Below are positions 1 through 8,824 of a stretch of DNA of 32,000 nt, piece by piece. Within the stretch, counting starts at the first letter, position 1; the number at the start of each line of letters is the position of its first letter. The stretch covers positions 1,560,001 to 1,592,000 of the forward strand of contig NZ_CP007536.1 of assembly GCF_000698785.1 (NCBI RefSeq), in the 5' to 3' direction. Under the pieces are notes generated by a model. That model ran no database searches. It saw nothing but the letters and a program-made list of their open reading frames with translations, and was not told the DNA's origin. The position numbers and the translations under genes were made by a program. Origin of the DNA: Nitrososphaera viennensis EN76. Lineage in GTDB: Archaea > Thermoproteota > Nitrososphaeria > Nitrososphaerales > Nitrososphaeraceae.

Positions 1-516
1 GTGGCAGTGCTCAGGATAGGGCATAGGCTGGTCAGGGACGACCGCGTGACGACGCACGCGGCGCTTGTCTCCCGGGCGTTTGGAGCCGAGCGGATCTACA
101 TGACAGGCATAGACCAGTCGGTGAAGGACACTGTTAATGCTGTTGGCAAGCGCTGGGGCGGCAATTTCGAGGTGGAGATAATAGAGGACTGGAAGGGAGT
201 CGCAAGGGCGTGGAAAAAATCAGGCGGCAAGATTGCGCACCTGACCATGTACGGCATCAACATCGACGACGCGATTGAAAAAGTGCGCAAGGAGGAAAAA
301 CTGCTGGTGATAATAGGCGCGGAAAAGGTGCCAAGGGAGGCGTACGAGCTTGCCGACTATAATATCGCCGTCGGGAACCAGCCGCATTCGGAGATAGCGG
401 CGCTTGCGATATTCCTTGACAGGGTGTTTTCCGGCAAGCAGTTGAAAAAAGAGGTCGCCGGCGGCCAGCTGAGGATAGTGCCTTCGGAGAAGGGCAAGCA
501 GGTGGAAAAGATTTAA
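1..516 (+). CDS. trm56: tRNA (cytidine56-2'-O)-methyltransferase aTrm56 (SPOUT family)
   Basis: 171-aa ORF. (M)AVLRIGHRxxRDxRVTTH at the N-terminus, KRWGG, and IIGAEKVPxEAYELADYNIAVGNQPHSEIAALAIFLDR match the archaeal aTrm56 pattern. GTG at nt 1, so the 5' end could be clipped by the window edge. TAA stop. Confidence 0.8.
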   Translation: MAVLRIGHRLVRDDRVTTHAALVSRAFGAERIYMTGIDQSVKDTVNAVGKRWGGNFEVEIIEDWKGVARAWKKSGGKIAHLTMYGINIDDAIEKVRKEEKLLVIIGAEKVPREAYELADYNIAVGNQPHSEIAALAIFLDRVFSGKQLKKEVAGGQLRIVPSEKGKQVEKI

Positions 517-612
517 TCGCTCTCTGATTCCATCAGTGCCAGTGATGACACTAACCTGCGCCGATCGCCCATTCAGCGAGATGAGGAAATGCACCTCGAC
601 TGAGACATACTG

Positions 613-619
613 AAAAAAA
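613..619 (-). terminator. oligo-T tract (T7 on the minus strand) about 20 nt downstream of the SRPBCC stop
   Basis: Plus strand reads AAAAAAA at 613-619. Archaeal termination typically occurs at oligo-T runs. It lies directly after the last gene of the ArsR-SRPBCC unit. Confidence 0.45.
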
Positions 620-639
620 GTGTGTCACCCGGGTGCACA

Positions 640-1008
640 TCACTTCCCTTCTTTTTGTTGCATTGCTAGTTGCTCCACAAGGCGATCCAGGTTCTGGTTC
701 AGCCCCTCGATGGCGTACTTCTTGGCCACATCGTCGCGTTCTTCGGGCGACTTGAAGAGCATCCGCACTGTAACCTTGGTCTTGCCGCCAGCCTCCTGCT
801 CGGCAAAGGTCACCGTCGCGCGAAATTGCGGCCCTGATACATGGGAGTAGACTATGCGCTCCGGCTTCACTATCTCGTCATAGACCATCTTGTTCTGGTA
901 GTCGACGCCATCTGGGCCATGCATGACAAACCGCCAGACGCCGCCCGGCCGCACATCCATCTCGTAAATAGTGGTCGTAAAACCTCTTGGCCCCCACCAC
1001 TGCGCCAC
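640..1008 (-). CDS. SRPBCC/AHSA1-like domain, C-terminal five-sixths of a second domain; in frame with the upstream ORF across a TAG
   Basis: 122-aa ORF starting at GTG: (V)AQWWGPRGFTTT..DVRPGGVWRF..GPDG..Y..EIVKPERIVYSH is the core of the AHSA1/SRPBCC family. The missing N-terminal strand and helix of this domain are encoded upstream of the TAG at 1024-1026. Confidence 0.7.
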   Translation of the reverse strand: MAQWWGPRGFTTTIYEMDVRPGGVWRFVMHGPDGVDYQNKMVYDEIVKPERIVYSHVSGPQFRATVTFAEQEAGGKTKVTVRMLFKSPEERDDVAKKYAIEGLNQNLDRLVEQLAMQQKEGK

Positions 1009-1023
1009 GTGTTTTGGATCGGT

Positions 1024-1500
1024 CTACATGCTGAACACGAGCTCATGGGGCGCGTCGATGACTATTGTCTTTCTGATTTCTTTTGTGCTGTTTTTGCAGT
1101 AATCTGCAAGCTGGACTGTAAAGTAGGACCAGCCCTCGTTGACGTCCTTGGCCCACTTGCCCTTCAGCCCGGTGTGCACAACCGTAACCAGCGTCTTGCC
1201 GCCTGCCGCCGGCTCAAGCGTCCACGTGACCGTCGTGTCCGGAAAGTCTGGGTCGGAGGTGTTTTTCCACGACATCGAGAATTTCCTGTCCGGGATTATC
1301 TCGAGTACCTTTCCGACGACGCGGTGATCCACCGTACCGTCGGCGCGCAGGAACCGAAACTCGACTGCTCCTCCGGCCCTCGGCTCCAGCTTGACCTGGT
1401 TTGGGAACCAGTGCGTAAGGTCATTTTCGCTTGTCAGCGCCTTGAATACCGCGGCCTGCGGCGCGTTGATGACTATGCTCTTTTCTATCGTTTCGGTCAC
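1024..1500 (-). CDS. SRPBCC/AHSA1-like protein: a complete first domain plus the first ~16 aa of a second domain
   Basis: 158 aa. IEKSIVINAPQAAVFKALTSENDLTHWFP..GG..F is an SRPBCC N-terminus. The C-terminal tail RKTIVIDAPHELVFSM is the start of another SRPBCC domain. The GTG start overlaps the ArsR stop (GTGA, 1497-1500). It ends at TAG. Confidence 0.75.
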   Translation of the reverse strand: MTETIEKSIVINAPQAAVFKALTSENDLTHWFPNQVKLEPRAGGAVEFRFLRADGTVDHRVVGKVLEIIPDRKFSMSWKNTSDPDFPDTTVTWTLEPAAGGKTLVTVVHTGLKGKWAKDVNEGWSYFTVQLADYCKNSTKEIRKTIVIDAPHELVFSM

Positions 1501-1820
1501 TTTCTTTTCGCCCCCTCCCTGTTCTCCACGTACTCCTTCAGGCTGTCCAGCTTGTCGTCCCAGAACGCGTCAAAGAACCGCACCATCTCGGACATCTGCG
1601 CCCTGTTGACTGAATAGAGCCTGTTCTGCCCTTCCCTGCGCTCGTTTACAAGCCCGGCGTCCCGGAGCACGCGCAGGTGCGTCGAAAGCGCGGGGAGCGT
1701 AAAGTGAAAGTGCGTCGCTATCTCGCTTGGCGTCCTTTCCTTTTCCTTCAGCATCACGAGTATCTGTCGGCGGCTGTCGTCGGCCATTGCTTTCCACGGT
1801 GATCCCATTGGCATATTCAA
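1497..1820 (-). CDS. ArsR/SmtB-family winged-helix transcriptional regulator
   Basis: ALADxSRRQILxxL-type N-terminus (AMADDSRRQILVMLKEKERTPSEIATHFHFTLPALSTHLRVLRDAGLV..RREGQNRLYS). Start uncertain: TTG 1820, ATG 1814 or ATG 1808. The classic ArsR-SRPBCC gene pair. Confidence 0.85.
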   Translation of the reverse strand: MNMPMGSPWKAMADDSRRQILVMLKEKERTPSEIATHFHFTLPALSTHLRVLRDAGLVNERREGQNRLYSVNRAQMSEMVRFFDAFWDDKLDSLKEYVENREGAKRK

Positions 1821-1823
1821 TAA

Positions 1824-1839
1824 TTAAATAATTATTTAA
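1824..1839. promoter_or_regulatory. perfect 16-bp AT palindrome TTAAATAATTATTTAA, a candidate TATA box and/or ArsR operator
   Basis: The sequence is its own reverse complement. It is centred about 24-26 nt upstream of the ATG at 1808 and fills most of the 27-bp gap between the upstream gene stop (1848) and arsR. Confidence 0.35.
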
Positions 1840-1847
1840 GTATTTAG

Positions 1848-2522
1848 CTACTGCATCATGAGGGCGACTATCGCCTTTGCCGCTTCTGAATTCCCAAACA
1901 GCAGTTCTACTGCTTTTTCCTTCTTTTTGCCGGGGTTCAGCTCGATTATGTGGAGCCGGCCGTCTACCAGGAATTCAAGGTGGAGCGACTTTCTTGCAAT
2001 GCTGGCGTTTCTTATCCCAAAGCGCTTGCCCGCAAGGCTGTTTGGGCTCTCCGGGTCAAGCGCGGTCAGCCGGCCCACCGCTTCTACGAGCCTGTCCAAG
2101 AGCGCGAACATTGGCTCTGGTTTTTCCTTTTCGCCGTTGTCGCCAGCAACGACGCCCCATTTCACCTTGCTTTCAGACATGGACGCAAGGCTGTCAAACG
2201 TCTTGACGAATTCGCCAAAGACGGACTCCATCGTCACGTCGATTACGTGGTTTTTGGTCCGGACAAACTGCGACGTCACCTTCTGGTCCGTGAACTGGAC
2301 ACCGCGGTACTTGACATACAGCAGCGGCTGGCCGTATTTTACGACGTTTGCCTCGCAGCCTTCCATCTGCGACACCAGTTTCTGGAAATACGCTTTTGAA
2401 GAGGTGTTGCGCGCGGTGGAATTCATCTTTGACATTATCATCAGTTTTACAAGGTCGCGCACAAAGTCGTCCGCGTATTTCGGATAATCTGCAAAATCGT
2501 ACCGGACCTCCTCGACGACCAA
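1848..2522 (-). CDS. hypothetical protein (224 aa), no motif recognised
   Basis: Long ORF with GC-rich third positions and a TTG start. The antisense ORFs have the Arg/Ser/Pro-rich composition typical of wrong frames. Confidence 0.55.
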   Translation of the reverse strand: MVVEEVRYDFADYPKYADDFVRDLVKLMIMSKMNSTARNTSSKAYFQKLVSQMEGCEANVVKYGQPLLYVKYRGVQFTDQKVTSQFVRTKNHVIDVTMESVFGEFVKTFDSLASMSESKVKWGVVAGDNGEKEKPEPMFALLDRLVEAVGRLTALDPESPNSLAGKRFGIRNASIARKSLHLEFLVDGRLHIIELNPGKKKEKAVELLFGNSEAAKAIVALMMQ

Positions 2523-2645
2523 AAGCTATCTTCTGTGCATGTATGGCCGGGCATCTGCATTTAATTTTTCTTTCTTTTTGCGCGCCAGTACCGGGCCAGC
2601 TTGACTCCTCCACACCGCCCGGTAGTTAAGTAAAATAGACGTCTG

Positions 2646-4586
2646 GTGGCGCTTGCTTTCAACAACTTGGAGGGAGAGGGGCCGTTTGCGTTCCAGCCCA
2701 GTGCCGGCCACCTAGCGCACAGCAACATCGCGCGCTTCATGAAAAAGCACGGCATTTCCGACTACAAGGAGCTTGTAAAAAGGGCAAACGGCGACATTTC
2801 GTGGTACTGGGACGCAGTAAACGACGACCTCGGCCTTGAATGGTTCCAGAAATATGGCAGAGTCTACGATTCTTCTGCCGCCGGCGTACCGTGGACAAAG
2901 TGGTTCATCGGCGGCAGGTGCAACATTGTCGCAAACGCAATCGACAGGCACGCCAAGAAAAGCCCTGACAAGGTCGCGTACATATTTGCCGGCGAAAACA
3001 GCGCAAGAAAGGTCACGTACGGAGAGCTGGACCTCGAAGTCGGCAGGCTTGCGTCAGCTCTTCTGGACGCGGGCGTGAAAAAGGGTGACGTGGTGGGCAT
3101 CTACCTTCCCATGATACCCGAGGCGTTCTTTGCTATTTTTGCCTGCTCCAAGATTGGCGCCGTGCACGCGACCGTGTTTTCCGGGTTTTCGGCGCCGGCG
3201 CTGCGCTCCCGCCTTGTCGATTCCGGCGCCCGGCTCTTGATAACAGCAGACAGCGCAAAGAGGCGCGGCAAGGACATTGACCTGAAGGCGCAGTGGTCGC
3301 AGGCAATAGAGGGCACGAAAGTCGGAAAGGTAGTCACGGTCGGCGGCAAAAGCGGAGGAGGCAACAGTATTGTCAATTACAGCGATTTTGTAAAAGGCAA
3401 GAAAAAACAGGCAAAAACCGAGGCAATGGACTCTGAAGATCCGCTCTTCATACTCTACACTTCCGGCACCACCGGCCAGCCCAAGGGCACGCTGCAGGTG
3501 CACGGCGGCTTTATGGCAGTCGCCGCCCAGCAGGCCGCTTACCTCATCGACATGAAGCCTGACGACGTCCTGTTCTGGTACGCCGACATTGGCTGGATAA
3601 CGGGGCAGGTGTGGGTTGTGTACGGGAGCCCGATTGTGGGCGCCACGGCGCTCGTGTACGAAGAGGCACTCGACTATCCCGCGCCTGATACATGGTGCAG
3701 GCTTGTACAGGATCATAAAGTAAGCATCTTTGGCGCGGCGCCGACTGCCATACGGCTGTTCATGAAGAGCAACGTCAATACCGGCAGCTACGACCTTTCA
3801 TCGCTCCGCATGCTTGCGTGCACGGGCGAGCCGATAAACCGGGAGGCGTGGGACTGGTATTTTGAAAAGGTGGGCAGGAAAAAGTGCCCCGTCATCAACC
3901 TCTCTGGCGGGACGGAGATAGGGGGCGCCATACTGAGCGCGCTCCCGGTGATGCCGCTGCGCCCTTGCACAGTCGGCTGCCCGATACCGGGATTTGACGC
4001 CGGAGTGCTTGACGAAAGCGGCAGGCCGGCAGGCGAAGGCCTGCTCGTGATAAAAAAGCCGTGGCCCTCGATGAGCAGGGGGATACTGAATGACCCTGCA
4101 AGGTTCATCGAGACATACTTCTCGAAATACGGAAAAAACGTCTGGTACCACGGCGACATCGTGCTTGTCGACGACGACGGGCTGTGGTACATGCGCGGGA
4201 GGGCCGACGACGTCATCAAGGTGGCCGGCCACAGGATCGGGACCGCGGAGGTGGAAGCCGCCGCGGCGTCGCACCCGGCGGTGGCAGAGGCGGTGGCAGT
4301 CGGCCGGCCCGACGACCTCAAGGGCGAGGTTATCGTGGTCTGCGCAGTGATAAGGGACGGCCACCACCAACCTGACGAGGGTCTAAAGTCCGAGATAGCA
4401 AAAAAGGTGGAAGAGTCGATAGGCAGGTTCGCAAGGCCCGAAGAGGTGAGGCTCGTGCCAGAGCTTCCAAAGACGAGGACAGGCAAGCTGGTGAGGCGCC
4501 TCGTGAGGGCAAAGGTGGCCGGCGAGAGCATGTCAGGGCAGGACGTCTCCACCGTGGAAAACCCCCACTGCCTCGACCTAATCTAG
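2646..4586 (+). CDS. acs: AMP-forming acetyl/acyl-CoA synthetase (ACS family)
   Basis: 646 aa. WFxGGxxNIxxNAIDRH N-terminal block, AMP-binding motif YTSGTTGQPKG, WYHGDIVxxDDDGxWYxxGRADDVIKVAGHRIGTAEVE, and C-terminal PKTRTGKLVRR. Confidence 0.85.
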   Translation: MALAFNNLEGEGPFAFQPSAGHLAHSNIARFMKKHGISDYKELVKRANGDISWYWDAVNDDLGLEWFQKYGRVYDSSAAGVPWTKWFIGGRCNIVANAIDRHAKKSPDKVAYIFAGENSARKVTYGELDLEVGRLASALLDAGVKKGDVVGIYLPMIPEAFFAIFACSKIGAVHATVFSGFSAPALRSRLVDSGARLLITADSAKRRGKDIDLKAQWSQAIEGTKVGKVVTVGGKSGGGNSIVNYSDFVKGKKKQAKTEAMDSEDPLFILYTSGTTGQPKGTLQVHGGFMAVAAQQAAYLIDMKPDDVLFWYADIGWITGQVWVVYGSPIVGATALVYEEALDYPAPDTWCRLVQDHKVSIFGAAPTAIRLFMKSNVNTGSYDLSSLRMLACTGEPINREAWDWYFEKVGRKKCPVINLSGGTEIGGAILSALPVMPLRPCTVGCPIPGFDAGVLDESGRPAGEGLLVIKKPWPSMSRGILNDPARFIETYFSKYGKNVWYHGDIVLVDDDGLWYMRGRADDVIKVAGHRIGTAEVEAAAASHPAVAEAVAVGRPDDLKGEVIVVCAVIRDGHHQPDEGLKSEIAKKVEESIGRFARPEEVRLVPELPKTRTGKLVRRLVRAKVAGESMSGQDVSTVENPHCLDLI

Positions 4587-4632
4587 CAACCTTTATTCTA
4601 CTGACTTTTGCTAGCAGGGGTCGTATAGACAT

Positions 4633-7107
4633 ATGCAGGAAGAGACCAGAAGAAAGTTCGAGCTTGCAGGAAGCAAGGCGCATTATGCCCCGTCGCTTGT
4701 TTTCACAATAAGCCACATGAGGCTGGAAATAGAACCTGACCTCAAGGCGCATGCCATTTCGTGCAGGCAAGAGCTCGAGATTGCCGCCGTCCAGGACGCA
4801 GATGAAATCGAGCTGGACGCTGCCGAGCTTGAGGTAAAGTCAGTCATGTTTGGCGGCAAAAAGGTCCCCTCCTTCCGAAGCATGGACGACAGGCTTGTCA
4901 TAAAACTGCCCAAACCCCTCAAGGAAGGCGAGCGGGCGCAAATCTCGATCTCATATTCTGCAAAGCCTAGGAAGGGCTTTTACTTTGTCGCGCCCGACAG
5001 GCACTACCCGGACAAGCGGGTGGAAGCATGGACGCAGGGCGAGACGGTCGAGGCAAAATACTGGTTTCCCTGCATCGACCACCCGCAGGTGAAGTTCTCA
5101 AGCGAGACCATCGTGACGGTGCCGGAAGACTTTATGGCAATCTCTAACGGCCGGCTTGCGAAAACCGAAAAGAGCAAAAAGTGGAAGTACCACTGGGTCG
5201 AGAGCAACCCCCACCCGGCGTACCTCACGTCTGTGGTGGTAGGCAAGTACGTCGAGATAAACGAGGGCAGCCTCTACTACTACGTCCCGACGGAGCTGGC
5301 GCATGACGCCAAGCGCTCGTTTGATAGGACGGGCGACATGGTGCAGTTCTTTGAGGAATACCTCGGCGCGAAATACCCGTACGAGAAATACTCGCAGGTG
5401 TGCGTGCAGGATTTCGTATACGGAGGCATGGAAAATTCCAGCTGCACTACGCTGACGCAGGACACTCTGCACGACAAAAAGGCCCACGTCGACTTTACAA
5501 GCGACCACCTCGTGTCTCACGAGCTTGCGCACCAGTGGTTTGGCGACCTTGTCACCTGCAGGGACTGGCAGCACGTATGGCTCAACGAGGGGTTTGCGAC
5601 CTACTGCGAGGCCCTGTACTGGGAGGCAAGCAGGGGCACCGACGAGTTCCATTACTACGTGATGCAGACGGCAGACGACTATTTCGACGAGGCGGCCAGC
5701 CGCTACGTGCGGCCCATCGTCACAAAGACGTACAAGCACCCTGACGACCTCTTTGACAGGCACACGTACGAAAAGGGCGGGTGCGTGCTCCACATGCTCC
5801 GCAATTTCGTCGGCGACAAGTACTTCAGGCGCTCGCTAAAGACATACCTGCACAGGTTTGCCAACAGCACCGCGGAAACCGACGACCTGCGCAAGGTCTT
5901 CGAGCTAGAGACGGGCAAGAGCCTGCAGCAGTTCTTTGACCAGTGGGTATTCCGCGAGGGCCACCCAGACCTGAAAATAGAATTTTCACAGGACAAGAAA
6001 ACTGCCAAGGTAAGGGTGCAGCAGGCGCAGCAGCAAGAGCCGTTCTCCTTTGCACTTGAGGTCAAGCTGGCGTTTGCAAGGGGAGGCATCAAGATGTACA
6101 CCTTCGACATCGCAGACAAGGAGAGCACGTTCCAGATCCCGGTAGAAAGGGAAGTCGAGTGGTTCTCTGTCGACCCCGAGTTCAAGATACTGAAAACAAT
6201 ATCAATCAAGGCGCCAAGGGAGATGCTGGCAAGGCAGTTGCACGAAGGCCAGACCGTGGTCGAGAGGGTCGAGGCTGCGCGCGCGCTCAAGGAGCATTCC
6301 GCAGACGCCGCAGTCGACGCGCTGTACAGGGCGGTGATGAACGACAGGTTCTGGGGAGTGGCGGCAGAGGCGGCCAAGAGCCTGGGCGCAATAAGGACAG
6401 ACCACGCGTACAGGGCGCTTGAAAAGTGCCTGAAGGTGAGCCACCCAAAGGCAAGGCGCGCCGTGGTAAAGGCGCTTGGCGAGTTCAAGCGCCACGAGAC
6501 GATTGCGATGCTAAAGCCGTACCTGCACGAGGAGAGCTATTTCGTAGAGTCAGAGGCCTTGACTGCCATTGGCAGGACAAAGAGCAGCGACGCCGTTCCG
6601 ATCCTGAAAAAAGCCGTTGAAACGACTTCGTTCCAGAACATCGTGGCGCAGGGCGCGATTTCCGGCCTCAAGGAATTCCCGGATGACAGGGACATCGCAA
6701 GCCTGCTTGTTGAAAAGAGCAGGCCGGGCAACCACCACCGCGTGAGAGAAGCCGCCACGTTTGCGCTTGCCAAGTTTGTCGACAGCGGCAGCAGCAATAA
6801 TAATGCAGTCGTGGATCAGCTCAGGCTCTTGCTGGCGGACAGCTGGTTCCGCGTCAGGATAAACGCTTGCAGGGCTTTTGCCGACGCCGAGTATGTCAAG
6901 GCGATACCAGACCTGACAAGGGTGTCCGAGACCGACCTTGACCACAGGGTAAGGCGCGTGGCAGAAGAGTGCATCAACATGATAAAGGACGCGGCAAAGA
7001 AGCCAAAGGAGGTTGCGCAGATGCGCGACGAGCTTGACAGGATGAAGGCAAAGAGCCTGGAGATGATGCAGAGGATGGACAGGCTGGAGCGGGGCGGCAG
7101 CAGCTAG
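4633..7107 (+). CDS. M1-family zinc aminopeptidase with a C-terminal HEAT-repeat domain
   Basis: GGMEN exopeptidase motif, HELAHQWFGD (HExxH), and WLNEGFATY for the third zinc ligand. The C-terminal ~280 aa contain repeated A.ALG....AV..L units typical of HEAT/PBS-lyase repeats. Confidence 0.85.
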   Translation: MQEETRRKFELAGSKAHYAPSLVFTISHMRLEIEPDLKAHAISCRQELEIAAVQDADEIELDAAELEVKSVMFGGKKVPSFRSMDDRLVIKLPKPLKEGERAQISISYSAKPRKGFYFVAPDRHYPDKRVEAWTQGETVEAKYWFPCIDHPQVKFSSETIVTVPEDFMAISNGRLAKTEKSKKWKYHWVESNPHPAYLTSVVVGKYVEINEGSLYYYVPTELAHDAKRSFDRTGDMVQFFEEYLGAKYPYEKYSQVCVQDFVYGGMENSSCTTLTQDTLHDKKAHVDFTSDHLVSHELAHQWFGDLVTCRDWQHVWLNEGFATYCEALYWEASRGTDEFHYYVMQTADDYFDEAASRYVRPIVTKTYKHPDDLFDRHTYEKGGCVLHMLRNFVGDKYFRRSLKTYLHRFANSTAETDDLRKVFELETGKSLQQFFDQWVFREGHPDLKIEFSQDKKTAKVRVQQAQQQEPFSFALEVKLAFARGGIKMYTFDIADKESTFQIPVEREVEWFSVDPEFKILKTISIKAPREMLARQLHEGQTVVERVEAARALKEHSADAAVDALYRAVMNDRFWGVAAEAAKSLGAIRTDHAYRALEKCLKVSHPKARRAVVKALGEFKRHETIAMLKPYLHEESYFVESEALTAIGRTKSSDAVPILKKAVETTSFQNIVAQGAISGLKEFPDDRDIASLLVEKSRPGNHHRVREAATFALAKFVDSGSSNNNAVVDQLRLLLADSWFRVRINACRAFADAEYVKAIPDLTRVSETDLDHRVRRVAEECINMIKDAAKKPKEVAQMRDELDRMKAKSLEMMQRMDRLERGGSS

Positions 7108-7934
7108 CTATCATCATCTTCTTCTTCCTTTACAAAATCTGCGACAAGCCTGTTAAAGACCTGCGGCCTGTCGGCGTGCGGGCGGTGGCCACAGTTCTCC
7201 AGGAGCACGACGCGGGCGTTCCTCATTTTCACAAACGGCTCGACGTATCTTGCGGGGATCATGATGTCGTCCTTGCCCCACAGCACAAGGGTCGGCGCCC
7301 TGACCTTTGACAGCCGGGCTTTGTTGAGGCGCGGGGCCCTTGCGCTCCCTGCAAGGGCAGACAGGAACGCCTCCTTTGCCCCGGGCATGGCAAACTTGTC
7401 GTAGGCGGCCCTGGCGTACGCGTCATCCACGGGCTTGTTGTCGACCGCGTAAAGCGCCTTTTTCACCTCCTCCACCGACTTGGCCTTGAGCACCTTGACG
7501 TAGCGCCAGAGCGCCGGCGACCCCTTGAATGATTTTGGAAGCGCCCCGGACGGGCTTGTCAGGATCAATTTTGAAACGATCTCCGGGTGCGCGATTGCAA
7601 GCTCGCAGGCAACGTGGCCGCCAAGCGACGAGCCGGCGACTGCAAGTGGCGCAATGCCGAGCGCCCTTGCAAATTTTGCTACAAAATCAACATAGAACTT
7701 TATCGTGTAGCTCATTTTCGGCTTGTCGCTAAATCCAAAGCCGGGCAGGTCAAGCGCTATCACGCGCAGCTCCTCTTTCTTTGCAAGCTCGCCGATGTTG
7801 TTTGCCCAGCTCTCTATTGCCCCGCCAAGGCCGTGCATCAAGAGCAGGGGCTTGCTGCCGCCGCTGCTGCCAGCATCGACGTAGCGTACGTGCAGCCCGC
7901 CGACCTCCAGGAATTTAAAATCCATTGCCATCAT
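7104..7934 (-). CDS. alpha/beta-fold hydrolase
   Basis: HGLGG oxyanion motif, GSSLGG nucleophile elbow, and CGHRPH near the C-terminus. Start placed at the ATG cluster 7934/7931/7925, because the longer ORF would overlap the upstream GNAT gene. Confidence 0.75.
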   Translation of the reverse strand: MMAMDFKFLEVGGLHVRYVDAGSSGGSKPLLLMHGLGGAIESWANNIGELAKKEELRVIALDLPGFGFSDKPKMSYTIKFYVDFVAKFARALGIAPLAVAGSSLGGHVACELAIAHPEIVSKLILTSPSGALPKSFKGSPALWRYVKVLKAKSVEEVKKALYAVDNKPVDDAYARAAYDKFAMPGAKEAFLSALAGSARAPRLNKARLSKVRAPTLVLWGKDDIMIPARYVEPFVKMRNARVVLLENCGHRPHADRPQVFNRLVADFVKEEEDDDS

Positions 7935-7945
7935 GCCTGCAAGCG

Positions 7946-8824
7946 TCACTGCGTAAATTCCTTGCTGTACAGCAAAAATAGTTCCGAGTCTTCTTCCTTC
8001 TTGAAGCTCTTGAGCATTGACGTGATGCTCTTGCTGTCGTGGCATACCACGTGCATGCGCTCATACCTGCCGCTGCCGTAGATGTTGGCCGCAAATGTAA
8101 GGAGGTCCTGCAACGACTTTCTCGACGCCGAGTCGAGGTATACGATCTGCAGGACGTCTGTCCTCTTCCAGTAGCCCTTGGCATTGATTATGACGACGCC
8201 ATCGATGTCGTCGTCGCCCGTCACGGCGACGCTCTTTTCCCTGATGAGTCCTCGCAGCGCCTTTCTGTCAAGCGGGTACCAGTGCCATGCCCTGACGTAC
8301 TTGCCGGCAGACAGGCAGTAGATCCGCGATTTCTGCAGGTACGCCCAGATCCTGTCAAGGTCTGCAAGGGTGGCGGGCCTTGCCTCCGTCTTTTGCTGCG
8401 CAAACTTTTGGTCTGTGCTGTAATAGACCCACCTAGAGACTGCCGCAAAGCCGTTTTTCTCCATCATGCGCTGCGACGGCACGTTCTCGCTCGAGACTAT
8501 GGCAGATGCCTGCCTTGCCCCGCGCCTGCCTGCATAGGCAAGCATCCTGTCCAAGAGCTCCGTGGCAATCCTGGACCTCCTGTACTCGGGGCGCACCCTG
8601 ACCCCCTCAAGCCACGCTGACCTGCCTCCCGGGCAGACTGCGACGTGCGACACGCCTATTTTCCTGCCTTCTTTGTCTTCGACTACAAACAGCCTCCCGT
8701 TCTTGTCCGAAAACCAATAGTCCCACACCTGGTCGATATAGTCGCCCCAGCTGAACGTGTTGGTGCAAAAGCCAAGGATCTCCTCCTTGTCAGAGCTTTT
8801 TGCCCGCCGTATCTTTATCGTCAT
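7946..8824 (-). CDS. GNAT-family N-acetyltransferase with an additional C-terminal (possibly second, degenerate GNAT) domain
   Basis: From MTIKIRRAKSSDKEEI: V.PEYRRSRIATELLDRMLAYAGRRGA matches the acetyl-CoA-binding R/Q-x-x-G-x-G/A region. The start ATG overlaps the upstream stop (ATGA at 8821-8824). The ORF-track N-terminal extension to 8977 is rejected. Confidence 0.7.
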   Translation of the reverse strand: MTIKIRRAKSSDKEEILGFCTNTFSWGDYIDQVWDYWFSDKNGRLFVVEDKEGRKIGVSHVAVCPGGRSAWLEGVRVRPEYRRSRIATELLDRMLAYAGRRGARQASAIVSSENVPSQRMMEKNGFAAVSRWVYYSTDQKFAQQKTEARPATLADLDRIWAYLQKSRIYCLSAGKYVRAWHWYPLDRKALRGLIREKSVAVTGDDDIDGVVIINAKGYWKRTDVLQIVYLDSASRKSLQDLLTFAANIYGSGRYERMHVVCHDSKSITSMLKSFKKEEDSELFLLYSKEFTQ

